Below are positions 25,561 through 38,331 of a stretch of DNA of 64,000 bases, in pieces. The translations under genes and the position numbers were made by a program. Positions within the stretch are counted from its first letter, which is position 1. Each line of letters begins with the position of its first letter. The notes below the pieces were generated by a model. It did not search any database and was not told the DNA's origin. It was given only the letters and a program-made list of their open reading frames with translations. Origin of the DNA: Octopus sinensis (Eukaryota); NCBI RefSeq assembly GCF_006345805.1, contig NC_042999.1:7068001-7132000 (forward strand). The letters run 5' to 3'.

Positions 25561-25862
25561 AGGCGCAATGGCCTAGTGGTTAGGGCAGCGGACTCGCAGT
25601 CGCAGGATCGCGGTTTTGATTCCCAGACCGGGCGTTGTGAGTGTTTATTGAGCGAAAACACCTAAAACGCTCCACGAGGCTCCGGCAGAGGGTGGTGATC
25701 CTGCTGTACTCTTTCACCACTCTTTCTCCCACTCTTTCTCCTGTTGGCCTGCTCGCTTAGCCAGCGGGGTGGCGTCATTCGAAGGCTAAAACAATGCGAA
25801 TGCATTGTGACCAGCGATGTGTAACAACATCTGATGGTCTGGTCGGTCACGTAATCACGTGA
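25557..25862 (+). mobile_element. SINE-C (head 1 + tail 2)
   Basis: ggaggcgcaatggcctagtggttagggcagcggactcgc head; tail tggcgtcattcgaaggctaaaacaatgcg. Confidence 0.85.
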
Positions 25863-25998
25863 TATATATATATATATATATATACGCATATATGTGTGTG
25901 TATGTATATATACAGAAATATACATACGTATATTATTTTGCTGTTGTTTGCCGGATATATCTATACGTATATACACAGAGAGTAGATATATATATATA

Positions 25999-26029
<31 letters not shown>

Positions 26030-26672
26030 AGAGAGAGAGAGAAAGCAGAGAAAGATAGGGAGAGAGAGTGAGGCTGACACTATTCTTATAGATCTAATAT
26101 TAAATATATCATAATCCAACTTATGCGTCTTCATTTAATGCACCAAGTCGTTTCCCCCTCGATTATGATATAAAAACCTTACTTTATAACTTCTTTGTGA
26201 GAAGCAATATTTTGCCAGTTACCAGTTAGGAAAAGATCACATTTATGAGTTCGTAACTTACTGGAAAAAAATAATAATACGTTATAATCAGAATACGTAA
26301 AAATAACCTTATGAAACTGCTGGTTAATAAAACACAGAATGTTTAACACCCAAGAACTAAATTCACTCTAACATCAGCGTCTCCAGGTACGACTACCCAG
26401 AAATACCAAAACGATGAAGCTTGCAACAATAAAAGTATAATATATTGGAAATAATTGACTGTTCTGAGTGTGTTACGTATTTTTTCTCACATAATACATT
26501 TGATGCGTATTGTATTCTATACAGATATAATCTTGGGATGATGTTAGAATATCATGCGTAATGGAAAGGAATGAAAACTGTAAAATATATTTTAATGATG
26601 TACTACAAAACGAGTCTGGAAACATTTCATGTTAGCAGACTACTAACAGTGTTCACTTTTAGATGATATATA

Positions 26673-26741
<69 letters not shown>

Positions 26742-26779
26742 GTGAATTGAAGAAATGGAGCTGAACGCAGCAGTAAACA

Positions 26780-26812
<33 letters not shown>

Positions 26813-26819
26813 TATATAT

Positions 26820-27309
26820 AGAACGTTTAAATATTGTTGTGCAAGATTTTTTATGTGAAGTCGTGTGTTGAAACAGATATTGTTATATTTCGGAATGGTC
26901 ATTTTGCCAGTTTAGCCAATAAAGACACACGCACTATATATTTGGTGTTACTTTGCTTCAGTGTTATTTATTTTTTACATTAATCTTAATCTTATTTCGG
27001 CCAGGTTCTTTCGTCACACTCCTGTGACCGCATCAGTGGTCCTTTGTTTTCTTCTCACTTATTTGTGTCTCTCCTTACTAACCGTCAGCCATTTTGTATT
27101 TCTGACGGTTAGTAAGGAGAGACACAAATAAGAAAGAAGAAAACAAAGGACCACTGATGCGGTCACAGGAGGTGACGAAAGAACACTGGCCGAAATAAGA
27201 TTAAGATTAATGTAAAAAATAAATAACACTGAAGCAAAGTAACACCAAATATATAGTGCGTGTGTTTTTATTGGCTAAACTGGCAAAATGACCATTCCGA
27301 AATATAACA

Positions 27310-27313
<4 letters not shown>
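26820..27313. mobile_element. Foldback element, ~212-bp arms
   Basis: 26877-27088 is the inverted copy of 27102-27313, 13-nt spacer, a few mismatches/indels; (AT)n flanks; degenerate HHR-like motif. Confidence 0.85.
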
Positions 27314-27376
<63 letters not shown>

Positions 27377-27542
27377 GTAATATTTTGTATGTGGTCCATC
27401 AGAACGTCGCAGAACTCAAACTGTGCGGAATCTCATGTGATTCAATAACTTGTATCTTCATTAAGTAGTTTTATTGGAATTCGTTTTTCAAAATAACTGG
27501 TAATAACATATTGGATCAATTGAGAAATGTATGCCTGTATCC

Positions 27543-27615
<73 letters not shown>

Positions 27616-27628
27616 TATCTATCTATCT

Positions 27629-28307
27629 ATGGCGAAAGAATGTATCTGGTGGACGCGTCTGAAAGGATTGGAGACAAACACTTTCCTCTCTGGTCAATCT
27701 CTCATCAACTTCTTCAAGTACCACTTGAAAAGGAAAGTGAGAGTAGAGAGGCAAGTTTTGTCTAGCGAATGTTTTAAAAAAGATGGGTGAATGTAGCAAG
27801 GATGGCACGTATGAATGACGAAGCCACCTTGAGCATAATCCTATGAACCCAGAAATTGAAAACAGAGGGTTACCCACTTGCAAACAAATGTGGTAACATA
27901 TAACAATATTGACCAAGGTTACCGTGGTCTTTTTCGTAGGCTTTTCTTCCCACGGATAAACCTTACTTGCTTTCCCCTTTACACCATATATCATAACACT
28001 GTGATACACGATCCCTATTGATCGTTCTTTTTTTCCTCTTCCCCTTTTTTCCCCTTTTTTCTTCTTATTTCATTTCTCTTTCGTTTTGTTCCTTTTCCTT
28101 TTCTTTTTTTCTTTTTATTCTTTTTATTTTATTCAATTTATTTTTTGTTTTTATTCTTTTCTTCCCTTTTACGATCCCTCTTGATCGAAAACCTACGCCA
28201 CCCCCCTTTTTTTCTTTTGTTTTTTGTTCTCTTCATCCCCCAAAAGAAAAGCTCTACCTTGTAACTTGTCCCATCTGTGTGCAGCCCTGTGTGGCCAATA
28301 AAGAAAC

Positions 28308-28308
<1 letters not shown>
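27629..28308 (+). mobile_element. Tx1/L1-group LINE 3' end inside (TATC)n
   Basis: AKECIWWTRLKG…FFKYHLKRKVRVERQVLSSECFKK…MNDEATLSIIL* then pyrimidine-rich 3' UTR and aataaagaaa; (TATC)n on both sides. Confidence 0.65.
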
Positions 28309-28406
<98 letters not shown>

Positions 28407-28484
28407 CCTATCTATCTCTATCTATCTATATATCTATCTATCTATCTATCCATCTATCCATCTATCTATCTATCTATTTATCTG

Positions 28485-28559
<75 letters not shown>

Positions 28560-28565
<6 letters not shown>

Positions 28566-28720
28566 CAATCTGTCTGTCAGTTTGTCTGCCTGTCTGTCAG
28601 TCTGTCTGTCTGTGTGCTTGTCTGTTAATTTATCAGACGTGCAGACGTAGGGGATTTTTTAAAAGGCCTTTTCGAACGTGTTCTGCCTTGTTTAACTGCC
28701 TCCTCCAGCCTAAATAAGGA
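28560..28720. repeat. Unclassified short repeat joined to (TATC)n(TGTC)n
   Basis: cagacg…gtagggg…aaaaggcc…ttcgaacg…tttaactgcctcc…cagcctaaataag, also at 31680-31790. Confidence 0.7.
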
Positions 28721-28866
28721 TCTGCTTTATTCCTTCGGTTATAAGAAAAACGATTTTGATTTCCAACGTAATGTTAGTCAAACCACCTTGTAATATATAT
28801 CCTACAGCACGTGCGATATCGCTAGTATGATCGCGGCTGAGATTGTTAACAACAACACCAACACAT

Positions 28867-29275
28867 AGGCGCAGGAGTGGCTGTGTGGTAAGTAGCTTGC
28901 TAACCAGCCACATGGTTCCGGGTTCAGTCCCCCTGCGTGGCATCTTGGGCAAGTGTCTACTGCTATAGCCCCGGGCCGACCAATGCCTTGTGAGTAGATT
29001 TGGTAGACGGAAACTGAAAGAAGCTCGTCGTATATATATATATATGTATGTATGTGTGTATGTGTTTGTGTGTCTGTGTTTGTCTCCCTAGCATTGCTTG
29101 ACAACCGATGCTGGTGTGTTTACGTCCCCGTCACCTAGCGGTTCGGCAAAAGAGACCGATAGAATAAGTACTGGGCTTACAAAGAATAAGTCCCGGGGTC
29201 GAGTTGCTCGATTTAAGGCGGTGCTCCAGCATGGCCACAGACTGAAACAAGTAAAAGAGTAAAAGAGAAAAAAGA
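28867..29275 (+). mobile_element. SINE-A full length
   Basis: Canonical head, body and tail. Confidence 0.92.
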
Positions 29276-29597
29276 AGAGAGAGTATGTATCACTGCGACA
29301 CCAGGAAGTCATTTGTGATGACGTAAGCAGTCATCTCATTTCAATTGATCTTTACATTGAAACCAAAATCGACTTCGGTCCTCAGAAAAAAGTGTTTGGT
29401 GAGCCCTCTGTCGGATATACGAAGCGGTTAAAGAAACACTAGGACAACGATCGTTCAAAGTCAACCTGTTCTACAAGAAAATCGCTTCGGCAATCAGCAA
29501 CTTTCTTTGCAAAGCATAAGGAAACAAATAGATAGATAAATGATTAAATAAATAAATAAATAAATAAATAAAGAAAGAAAGAAAGAAAGAAAGAAAG

Positions 29598-29948
29598 AAG
29601 TGCCAAGGACTCCAAATTTGCCATCAAGATGTAGGACAAGATACTGTGATAGCCTGGGCTTCCGAGGCCCACAGCTCTTCAATATCCTCCCGAAGAATCT
29701 AAGAGACCTGCATGGGGTGGATGCAGATGTCTTTAAAATGAAACTGGATCTCTTCCTGTCAGGCATCCCAGATGAACCAACTTCACGACAGGAGGTGCAG
29801 ATGAGGGCAGCTGCATCGAACTCTCTCATGCACCAAATGGCAGTTGCTAAAAAGCATTTGTGAAGTAAAACCATGTAGCAACACCAAATGGCGGTGCCCC
29901 AGCATGGCCACAGCTCGTTAGCTGAAACTAGAATCAATCAATCAATCA
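29598..29948 (+). mobile_element. CR1-group LINE 3' end with (ATCA)n tail
   Basis: SLGFRGPQLFNILPKNLR…FKMKLDLFLSGIPDEP matches 42689-42900; ends gctgaaactagaatcaatcaatc. Confidence 0.85.
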
Positions 29949-30772
29949 AAGACAAGAAAGAAAGAAAGAAAGAAAAAGACTAGGAAGAAAGATAAAAGAA
30001 ATGGATATTACTGATAGAAATTGCTGTTTCGACTCGTGATGCTTATCGGTTTTCTCAGAAACAAAACCAAAATGACAATGAGAAACCGGCCAAAATCTGT
30101 CTTTGGATAGATCGAAAATACTGTAAACAAACCGCTACCGCCATATTTAAGCCGTCATATATCTCCACATGTGACGGATTCGAGAGAGACAACCGTTGAA
30201 TATTATCAGCTTAGGAATATTCTGAAAACAGATTTCGTAAAAAAAAAAAACGTTTCCAGTTTTTCTAAGCAATCGTTGAGCAAGAGGCCATTGTTAGCAA
30301 GATTAATATAAAATCCAATTGCTTCCATGTTAATGGCCATTGATGATGTTGTCGTGGAACATATGGACTCATGTGATGTTAATTAGCGGATAATTAATAT
30401 CTTCATATACGCAGCTGCTTTCACTCTTAAAGAACACCTCGGAGAACCATGCTGCTCATTGTTAATGAAATCACTAAATGGAAGCGATCTACATGGAAAG
30501 CAAAAGTTTGAAGAAAACAGCAACAATGCGCGCTGCCATATTGGATGGTTAACCACGACAGTGAAACGTAAAGGGAATAACGAGTTCACATCTCAGCAAT
30601 TACATCTTATGCAAAAAGTAACAGAACACTGTTGTAACTCTTCTCGCCAATCTCTTAAGGGAAAGCTCGTTACTTTAAAGCAAGATCTCAGGACACTGAG
30701 CGAAAATGTTATGGGAGAAATTTCCAAGAGAGCCAGTGTAAATCACAGCATTGCTTCTAATCCACAGGTATT

Positions 30773-31034
30773 GTAATAAAAACAAATGTGCCCTTTTAAA
30801 GCCTAGCCAAGCTCATGGGCCCGGTTTCCCGGTTTCTATGGCGTATGTGTTCCCCAAATAGACGGGACGCCAGTCCATCGCAGCGTTACTCATTTTTACC
30901 AGCTGAGTGGACTGGAGTAATGTGAAATGAAGTGTTTTGTTCAAGAACACAAAGCGTCGCGCGGTCCAGGAATCGAAACCACAATCTTACGATCATGGTG
31001 CTGACACTTTAACCAATAAGCCATGCACCTTCAC
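30773..31034 (-). mobile_element. SINE-C (head 2 + CORE-like segment + tail 3) with 14-bp TSD
   Basis: TSD aatccacaggtatt at 30759-30772 and 31035-31048. Confidence 0.85.
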
Positions 31035-31388
31035 AATCCACAGGTATTATACCAGGAGATAAAGATGTACAACATTACCATTAAGAAACCCTCTTCTCAA
31101 AATCTGAAAGGAAAAGATTTTTCAGCTTCCCTGTATTGTGGTTTAATTCATTTCGGAAGTCAGCAGTACCATCAACAACAATAAAACATTATAACGAACC
31201 CCGGAACTGTCATCATAGCTGTGGGCAAACTGCACAACGGGAAGGCGCCTGGGAGAGGTCAAATAGTTATATATTGGTACAAGAAGAGGACTTCACTGTT
31301 GTTTTTATTTTTACATGAAGCCATTATTTTATATATTCAAAAGAATTATTGAAGGCCAGATTGACATTCCAAATTCGTTTAAATCTTG

Positions 31389-31389
<1 letters not shown>

Positions 31390-31421
<32 letters not shown>

Positions 31422-31438
31422 GTCTATCTGTCTATCTG

Positions 31439-31509
<71 letters not shown>

Positions 31510-31519
31510 GTCTGTCAGT

Positions 31520-31595
<76 letters not shown>

Positions 31596-31790
31596 ATGTC
31601 AGTCTATCTATCTATCTATTTGTCTATCTATCTATCTGTCTGTCTGTCTGTGTGTCTGTCTGTCTGTGTGTCTGTCTGTGCGTCTGTCTGTCTTTTCGTC
31701 AGACGTACTGGCGTAGGGGATTTTTTAAAAGGCCCTTTCGAACGTTTCCTGCCTGTTTAACTGCCTCCTTCAGCCTAAATAAGAACCTGG
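31390..31790. repeat. (TATC)n(TGTC)n plus the unclassified short repeat
   Basis: Second copy of the 28560-28720 unit. Confidence 0.75.
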
Positions 31791-31947
31791 TTTATTCTTT
31801 CAGTTAGAACGGAACCACCGAGTTGAATGCAAAGTACAGGCCCACTCCTTACCTAAACATTACGTACAAGCTGTAGACAAGTTAGCTCCGTCAATTCCTC
31901 AGCATTTTAAGTCGAAATGTATGATGACAGATGAAAGGAGAGGAAGG

Positions 31948-32312
31948 TTCCGACGACGAGGGTTCCGGTTGATCCGAATCAACGGAACAGCCTGCTCGTG
32001 AAATTAACGTGTAAGTGGCTGAGCACTCCACAGACACGTGTACCCTTAACGTAGTTCTCAGGGATATTCAGCGTGACACAGAGAGTGACAAGGCCGGCCC
32101 TTTGAAATACAGGTACAACAGAAACAGGGAGAAAGAGTGAGAGAAAGTTGTGGTGAAAGAGTACAGCAGGGATCACCACCAACCCCTGCCGGAGCCTCGT
32201 GAAGCTTTAGGTGTTTTCGCTCAATAAACACTCACAACGCCAGGTCTGGGAATCGAAACAGCGATCCTACGACCGCGAAGTCCGCTGCCCTAACCATTGG
32301 GCCATTGCGCCT
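31948..32312 (-). mobile_element. SINE-C (head 1 + tail 1)
   Basis: Reverse complement of 54769-55125. Confidence 0.88.
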
Positions 32313-32321
32313 CCACTCGAT

Positions 32322-32540
32322 GACAGATGAACGGGTAGGTGGAAAGAAGGGAATGTGGGGATGTCCCAAAGAACTTTTGATAAAGAAAGATGTAATGTTT
32401 AGAGTAAGGAAACGACGCGGAAACTTTGTGACAGTATGCCTTGATTATAGGAAAGCATTCGAATCTATTCCTCACTCTAGCTGTTGAAGCCCCTACACTT
32501 GGCAAAGCTAACTTACTATAACGTTGCCGCTTAAACAATA
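32322..32540 (+). pseudogene. R4-like RT fragment
   Basis: GGKKGMWGCPKELLIKK…VCLDYRKAFESIPHS. Confidence 0.7.
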
Positions 32541-33032
32541 GAATGTTATCCGGAAAACAGGCTGCTCTGAGATAAATATACAGAATCCCCTTCTAATTGA
32601 ATACACGCATAAACATCAACTCAAAGAACATTGATAGAACATTCTCATCAAAATATATTCCAAGTGCAAACGTAATCAGCCAGATATCGTTCTTTGAGAC
32701 GAATAAGAAAATATAAGTACCATCATATAGTTCAGCTGCCCTGTCGCTGTTAGAAAGTGGATAAGTACGGTAAATCGGTTCGAAACCTCGAGTTTCTTTA
32801 TCCAGATTATACATTCATATTTGGGAAAAGTAGGGTTTTCTGGAAATAGAAATCAACCAGCTGATTCGCACATTCCAATTTGTTAAAAATATGCAAGAAT
32901 TTTCTCAAGTCGAAAATATGACATTGTTTTTGCTATGTACATTCCGACGATGGGTCTTGTGCTATCGTTAGAAATCAGTTCCTTCCTTACAAGAATACTT
33001 CAAAGTAATTAAAACAGAAGAGAATATATATA

Positions 33033-33553
33033 CCGTAAATCGTCGAGTATAGTCAGCCCTTCAGTATAATACGCAGGGGATTTTTAGGGGACTGTACCTC
33101 TGAAAAACCTAAACCTTGTGTATAATACGCACCCCTTCTCTAACTTGAGTAAAGGAGGTCTATATAACGTCTTTGATTTGTAAAACTGTATACGATAATA
33201 TCCTTTATTATTATTGTATATATAACATAATGCAAACGTGTAGCTCTTTTGTGCATTTTGTTTGCAGAAAATAAAGAAATAACAGTAATAACAGTGATAA
33301 CGTTTAGTAAATGTTGCTTACTGCAAGTTATGGATGATTCTTTTATGACCTCATTGCTTTCAGGCTTAGCTTAAGGTATTTTCGCGCTCTGCATCACAAA
33401 ACGCGTCTGAATAAACATTGCCGGACAGCAAATAGAGACTCGGACATTGCTTAGAAAATAATTTTCATTTTTCACCTCGTAAATAGTACGCACTAGGGAT
33501 TTTGACCTTTAAATTTTGGGAAAAAAATGCGGATTATACTCGAGGATTTACGG
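33033..33553. mobile_element. pogo/Tigger-like MITE
   Basis: TIRs ccgtaaatcgtcgagtata and tatactcgaggatttacgg; TA on both sides. Confidence 0.85.
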
Positions 33554-33870
33554 TACATTCAGCAGTCTTTGTTATTAATAACAATTGTATAAAACAATGT
33601 ATATCTGCGTAGTGACGATGGGTTTCTAACTTCTGGTGTGAACATTTATTAAGAACTACTTATTTTAGTAGCAAGAATTGTTGACATAACCACCCTCGTA
33701 GCAATACGAATTAATGAAGGGTTCAACACGTTGAATTGACAGAATCATTCAAGTGTCGGACAAGCTATCTTGCTGTATATGTACCGGCTTATTACGTTTT
33801 GAATTTAAATCTCGCCCCGTTGAAATTTGCTTTCCATTGTTTCTGAGCAGTCAATTAATGGTATCGCTTT

Positions 33871-34080
33871 CATTAAGACGGCGAGCTGGTAGAAACGTTA
33901 GCACGACGGGCGAAATGCTCAGCGGTATTTCGTCTGCAGTTACGTTCTGAGTTCAAATTCCGCCGAGGTCGATAAATTAAGGACCAGTTACGCACTGGGG
34001 TCGATGTGATCGACTTAATCCGTTTGTCTGTCCTTGTTTGTCCTATCTGTGCTTAGCCCCTTGTTGGTAGTAAGGTATTA
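33871..34080 (+). mobile_element. SINE-B monomer with 11-bp TSD
   Basis: TSD ggtatcgcttt at 33860-33870 and 34081-34091. Confidence 0.88.
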
Positions 34081-34820
34081 GGTATCGCTTTGATCAGCTG
34101 CCTATTTGATCTGCATTCTCATCTGACTATGATATCCGACGCTTGGAGATGTATCGGAATACATTGAATTCACTGACATTACATCAACCTTATCTTGTAC
34201 TCACATGCTTTATAATTGACAAAGCCCCACATCCTAGCATTCATTCACGCATACACATTCTGTTTCTAAAAACTGACTCTTCTAAAAAGGATAACGTAAA
34301 GGAAAGCAATGGCTGACATCCAGCATAAAGCAGTTCAAGTATTTCACTTGTGGAACTTAGTTATAGAAGATCTTAGGTTTTTAAAAATTTACAAAAGTTT
34401 ACGACGAGAGCAATTCATTATATTGCGACGTGGCGCAAAGGTTTTTACATCGACAGATTATTAATAGAATTCAAAAGCTCTTGTCTTTTGGAGTTAACTT
34501 CTGCGTGAGTCAGAAGTAAGCGGAAATTATGAATTGGCTGGGGTGATTAATTAAAGGAACGGATGACGGTGGTTATGCATTTCCATTCTGAAGATTTTTC
34601 CAAGAGATACTAGTAGAAATACATACATACACGCACACATAGATATATATAAATACAAACATGCATACACATATATACATGCATACATACCTATACATAC
34701 CCACAAACATGCAGACGTACACACAGGTATATGTACACGCTCATATGTATACAAATATATATACATGTATATATATATATTTGTGTGTATCCATATTTGT
34801 ATGTACGCATATATATATAT

Positions 34821-34865
<45 letters not shown>

Positions 34866-34876
34866 TATATATATAT

Positions 34877-34945
<69 letters not shown>

Positions 34946-35623
34946 CATACATATACATATATATGCGAACATACATATATACATTGATACATATCTGTGA
35001 GTGTATGTGTATTTTACTTATATGTACACGAACACTCAATGCATACATACATTTTCAACACCAAATATCCTAATAACAAAAATCAGGAAATTAAAATATT
35101 TGTATGGTTTATAATATAGGATTATACTCACACATATCTCATCGTAATATCATTAAATCGAAAAAAAAGCACATTAAGAAAACCCAATAAAAAAAACCCA
35201 GAAAGGAAAAAATAAAAATAACGCTGTAATATTTTGTTGTATCAAATCTTACATCACCGGTTTCCTGTGGGAAAACATTACTTAATTTTATAAAAGAACG
35301 ATAGAGACGTTGAGTTAGAAATACGGCGAAGAGAGTTACTTTATCATTTTATCAGACTTTTCAAATAATATTAATGCGCAGTTATACAAAATGCTTTATT
35401 ATATAATGAAATGATTTATATCTTCATCATTATCCCTTTTATTTGTTATAGGATTTCATCTGTCGAAAACCGTCGTGCAAAATATGGAATATGCAATTAC
35501 TATCAGTAATTATCGAACTGTGTGAATAATTAGCAATCGTGGAAGAATCTGTTGAGCGTTTGGCGAGAATTAGTTGTGTAAATCCAACACTATTTTATGC
35601 TAAGGCTGCGAACTGGCAGAATC

Positions 35624-36375
35624 GTTAGCACGCCGGGCTAAATGCTTAGCGGTATTTCGTCTGCCGTTACGTTCTGGGTTCAAATTCTGCCGTGGTCGAC
35701 TTTGCCTTTCATCCTTTCAGGGTCGATAAATTAAGTACCAGTTGCGCATGGGGTCGATATAATCGACTTAATCCGTTTGTATGTCCTTGTTTGTCCCGTC
35801 TGTGTTTAGCTCCTTGTGGGTTGTAAAGAAATAGGTATTTCGTCTGCCGTTACGTTCTGAGTTCAAATTCTGCCGAGGTCGACTTTGCCTTTCATCCTTT
35901 CGGGTTCAATAAATTAAATACCAGTTACGCACTGGAGTCGATATAATCGACTTAATCCATTTGTCTGTCCTTGTTTGTCCCGTCTGTGTTTAGCCCCTTG
36001 TGGGTAGTAAAGAAATAGGTATTTCGTCTGCTGTTACGTTCTGAGTTCAAATTCTGCCGAGGTCGACTTTGCCTATCATCCTTTCGGGGTCGATAAATTA
36101 AGTACCAGTTACGCACTGGAGTCGATATAATCGACTTAATCCGTTTGTCTGTCCTTGTTTGTCCCGTCTATGTTTAGCCCTTGTGGGTAGTAAAGAAATA
36201 GGTATTTCGTCTGTCTTTACGTTGTGAGTTCAAATTCCGCCGAGGTCGACTTTGCCTTTCATCCTTTCGGGGTCGATTAAATAAGTGCCAGTTACGCACC
36301 GGGGTCGATATAATCCGTTTGTCTGTCCTTGCTTGTCCCCTCTGTGTTTAGCCCCTTGTGGGTAGTAAAGAAATA
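35624..36375 (+). mobile_element. SINE-B tetramer
   Basis: One head; bodies start ggtatttcg at 35651, 35834, 36018 and 36201 (183-184 bp period). Confidence 0.92.
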
Positions 36376-36489
36376 AGAATCGATAGCTCATCTCACAAAA
36401 TGCCTAACGTCATGTATTCCGGTTATTTGTCTGCTGACCCCAAATCTTGCATTCGCTTTTCATCCTTTAGGCACAAGGTTAGCAACTTC

Positions 36490-36672
36490 AGGGAAGGGGT
36501 TAAATTAATTACATCGGCCTCAGTGCGTAACTGGTACTTAATTCATCGACCCCGAAAGGACAAAAGTCAAAATCGTACCCCGACAGAATTTGAAATCAGA
36601 ACGTAAAGACGGACGAAATTCCGTTAAGCATTTTGACCGGTTCTGTAACGATTCAGCCAGCTTGCCGCCTTA
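36490..36672 (-). mobile_element. SINE-B diverged, inverted relative to the tetramer
   Basis: gcgtaactggtactta…gaatttgaaatcaga…cagccagcttgccgcc. Confidence 0.75.
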
Positions 36673-37107
36673 CGGGAGAAATTAATGTTTTAAGTCATTC
36701 AAGTTTTCTGCATTAGCCTAATTTAGAAAGTTTAGGGCCTGGTTCTAATGAACGTTTATAGATATTCTATCATCCTACTTCAACACATGCTTTAATATCT
36801 TCTGTTTATGGAACCGAAAATGTAACACTTGGAAAATTCCTGGTCTCAAAGTCTCATTTCACCCAAGTTTTGCAGTTCCTAAAAAGAATAAATGTTTATT
36901 TAACCGCGATATAGTTTTGATACGTTTATCAAGTTGTGGCGTAAAACTTGTCGTAATTTACAAGACCATTAGTGAAGTTAGACGCGTGGTAACGGTGTCT
37001 TCCTCTTTCTAATGATTTAGTAGTCATGCATCTTATTTTTGTTTATTTTCGTGATTTGAACCGGTGCCAGTCCTGCACTTCGCGTTGCATCGAACCCTTT
37101 AACAATA

Positions 37108-37705
37108 TAGGCGTAGGAGTGGCTGTGTAGTAAGTAGCTTGCTTACTAACCACATGGTTCCGGGTTCATTCCCCCTGCGGGGCACCTTGGGCAAGTGTCT
37201 TCTATTACAGCCTCGGGCCGAGTAAAGTCTTGTGAGTGGATTTGGTAGACGGGAACTGAAAGGAGCCCGTCGTATATATGTATATGTATGTATATGTGTG
37301 TGTGTGTTTGTGTGTCTGTGTTTGTTGGTGTGTTTACTTCCCTGTAACTTAGCAGTTCAGCAAAAGAAACCGATACAATAAGTGGTAGGCTTACAAAGAA
37401 TAAGTCCTGGGTCGATTTGCTCGAGTAAAGGTGGTGCTCCAGCATGGCCCCAGTCAAATGACTGAAACAAGTAAATGTAAATGTATGTATATGTGTGTGT
37501 GTGTTTGTGTGTCTGTGTTTGTCCCCCCAACATCGCTTGACAACTGATGCTGGTGTGTTTACATCCCCATAACTTAGCGGCTCGACAAAAGAGACCGATA
37601 GAATAAGTACTAGGCTTAAAAAGAATAAGTCATGGGGTCGATTTGTTCGACTAAAGGCGGTGCTCCAGCATGGCCACAGTCAAATGACTGAAACAAGTAA
37701 AAGAT
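37108..37705 (+). mobile_element. SINE-A plus tandem second 3' half
   Basis: Full copy to about 37472, repeated body/tail at 37490-37705. Confidence 0.85.
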
Positions 37706-37796
37706 ACCTTTAGTATCTCGCTGGATCATTCAATGCGCAGTTTTGAAAATGATTTTTTCATCCTCCATATAAATTGCTTATGTATATATATTTTAT

Positions 37797-38005
37797 CGTT
37801 TACTTGTTTCAGTCTTTAGAGTGCGTCCGAGGTGGGACACCGGCTTGAAGAATTTTAGTCGAATTTATCGACCACCTGTACATGATTTTTTTAAAGTCTA
37901 GTACTTATTCTGTTGGTTTTTTTGCCGAAGCGCTAAGTTACGGGGACGTAAACACCGGTTGTCAAGCGGTGATGCGGAACAAACACAGACAGAAACACAC
38001 ACATA
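37797..38005 (-). mobile_element. SINE-A 3' half, diverged
   Basis: ttacttgtttcagtc…gctaagttacggggacgtaaacac. Confidence 0.7.
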
Positions 38006-38038
38006 CACACATCTATCTATCTATCTATCTATCTTGAT

Positions 38039-38264
38039 CAATAGGGATCATTGACATTTCTGTGATAACGATCCCTATTGATAATTTTTTTTTTTCCTCT
38101 CCCCCTTTTTTTTAACCCCCCCTTTTTTGTCCTCTTTCTCTCCTTTTACGATCCCTTTTGATCGAAACTCCCCCCTTCCTTTTTTTTTTTAACCTTCAAA
38201 AGAAAAGCTCTACCTTGTAATTTGTTCTATCTGTGTGCAGCCCTGTGTGGCTAATAAAGAAACA

Positions 38265-38265
<1 letters not shown>
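38039..38265 (+). mobile_element. Tx1-like LINE short 3' fragment inside (TATC)n
   Basis: Homologous to 28005-28308; (TATC)n on both sides; short inverted copy atcaatagggatc at the 5' edge. Confidence 0.7.

Positions 38266-38331
<66 letters not shown>

Noticed and set aside
31740-31790. HHR-like CUGAAGGAGGC…GAAACGUU on the minus strand (and at 28680)
   Set aside because: The core is broken differently in the two copies and the stems do not close.
35624-36375. Regularly spaced repeats resembling a CRISPR-like array
   Set aside because: The whole 183-bp unit repeats with no unique spacers; it is a SINE multimer in eukaryotic DNA.
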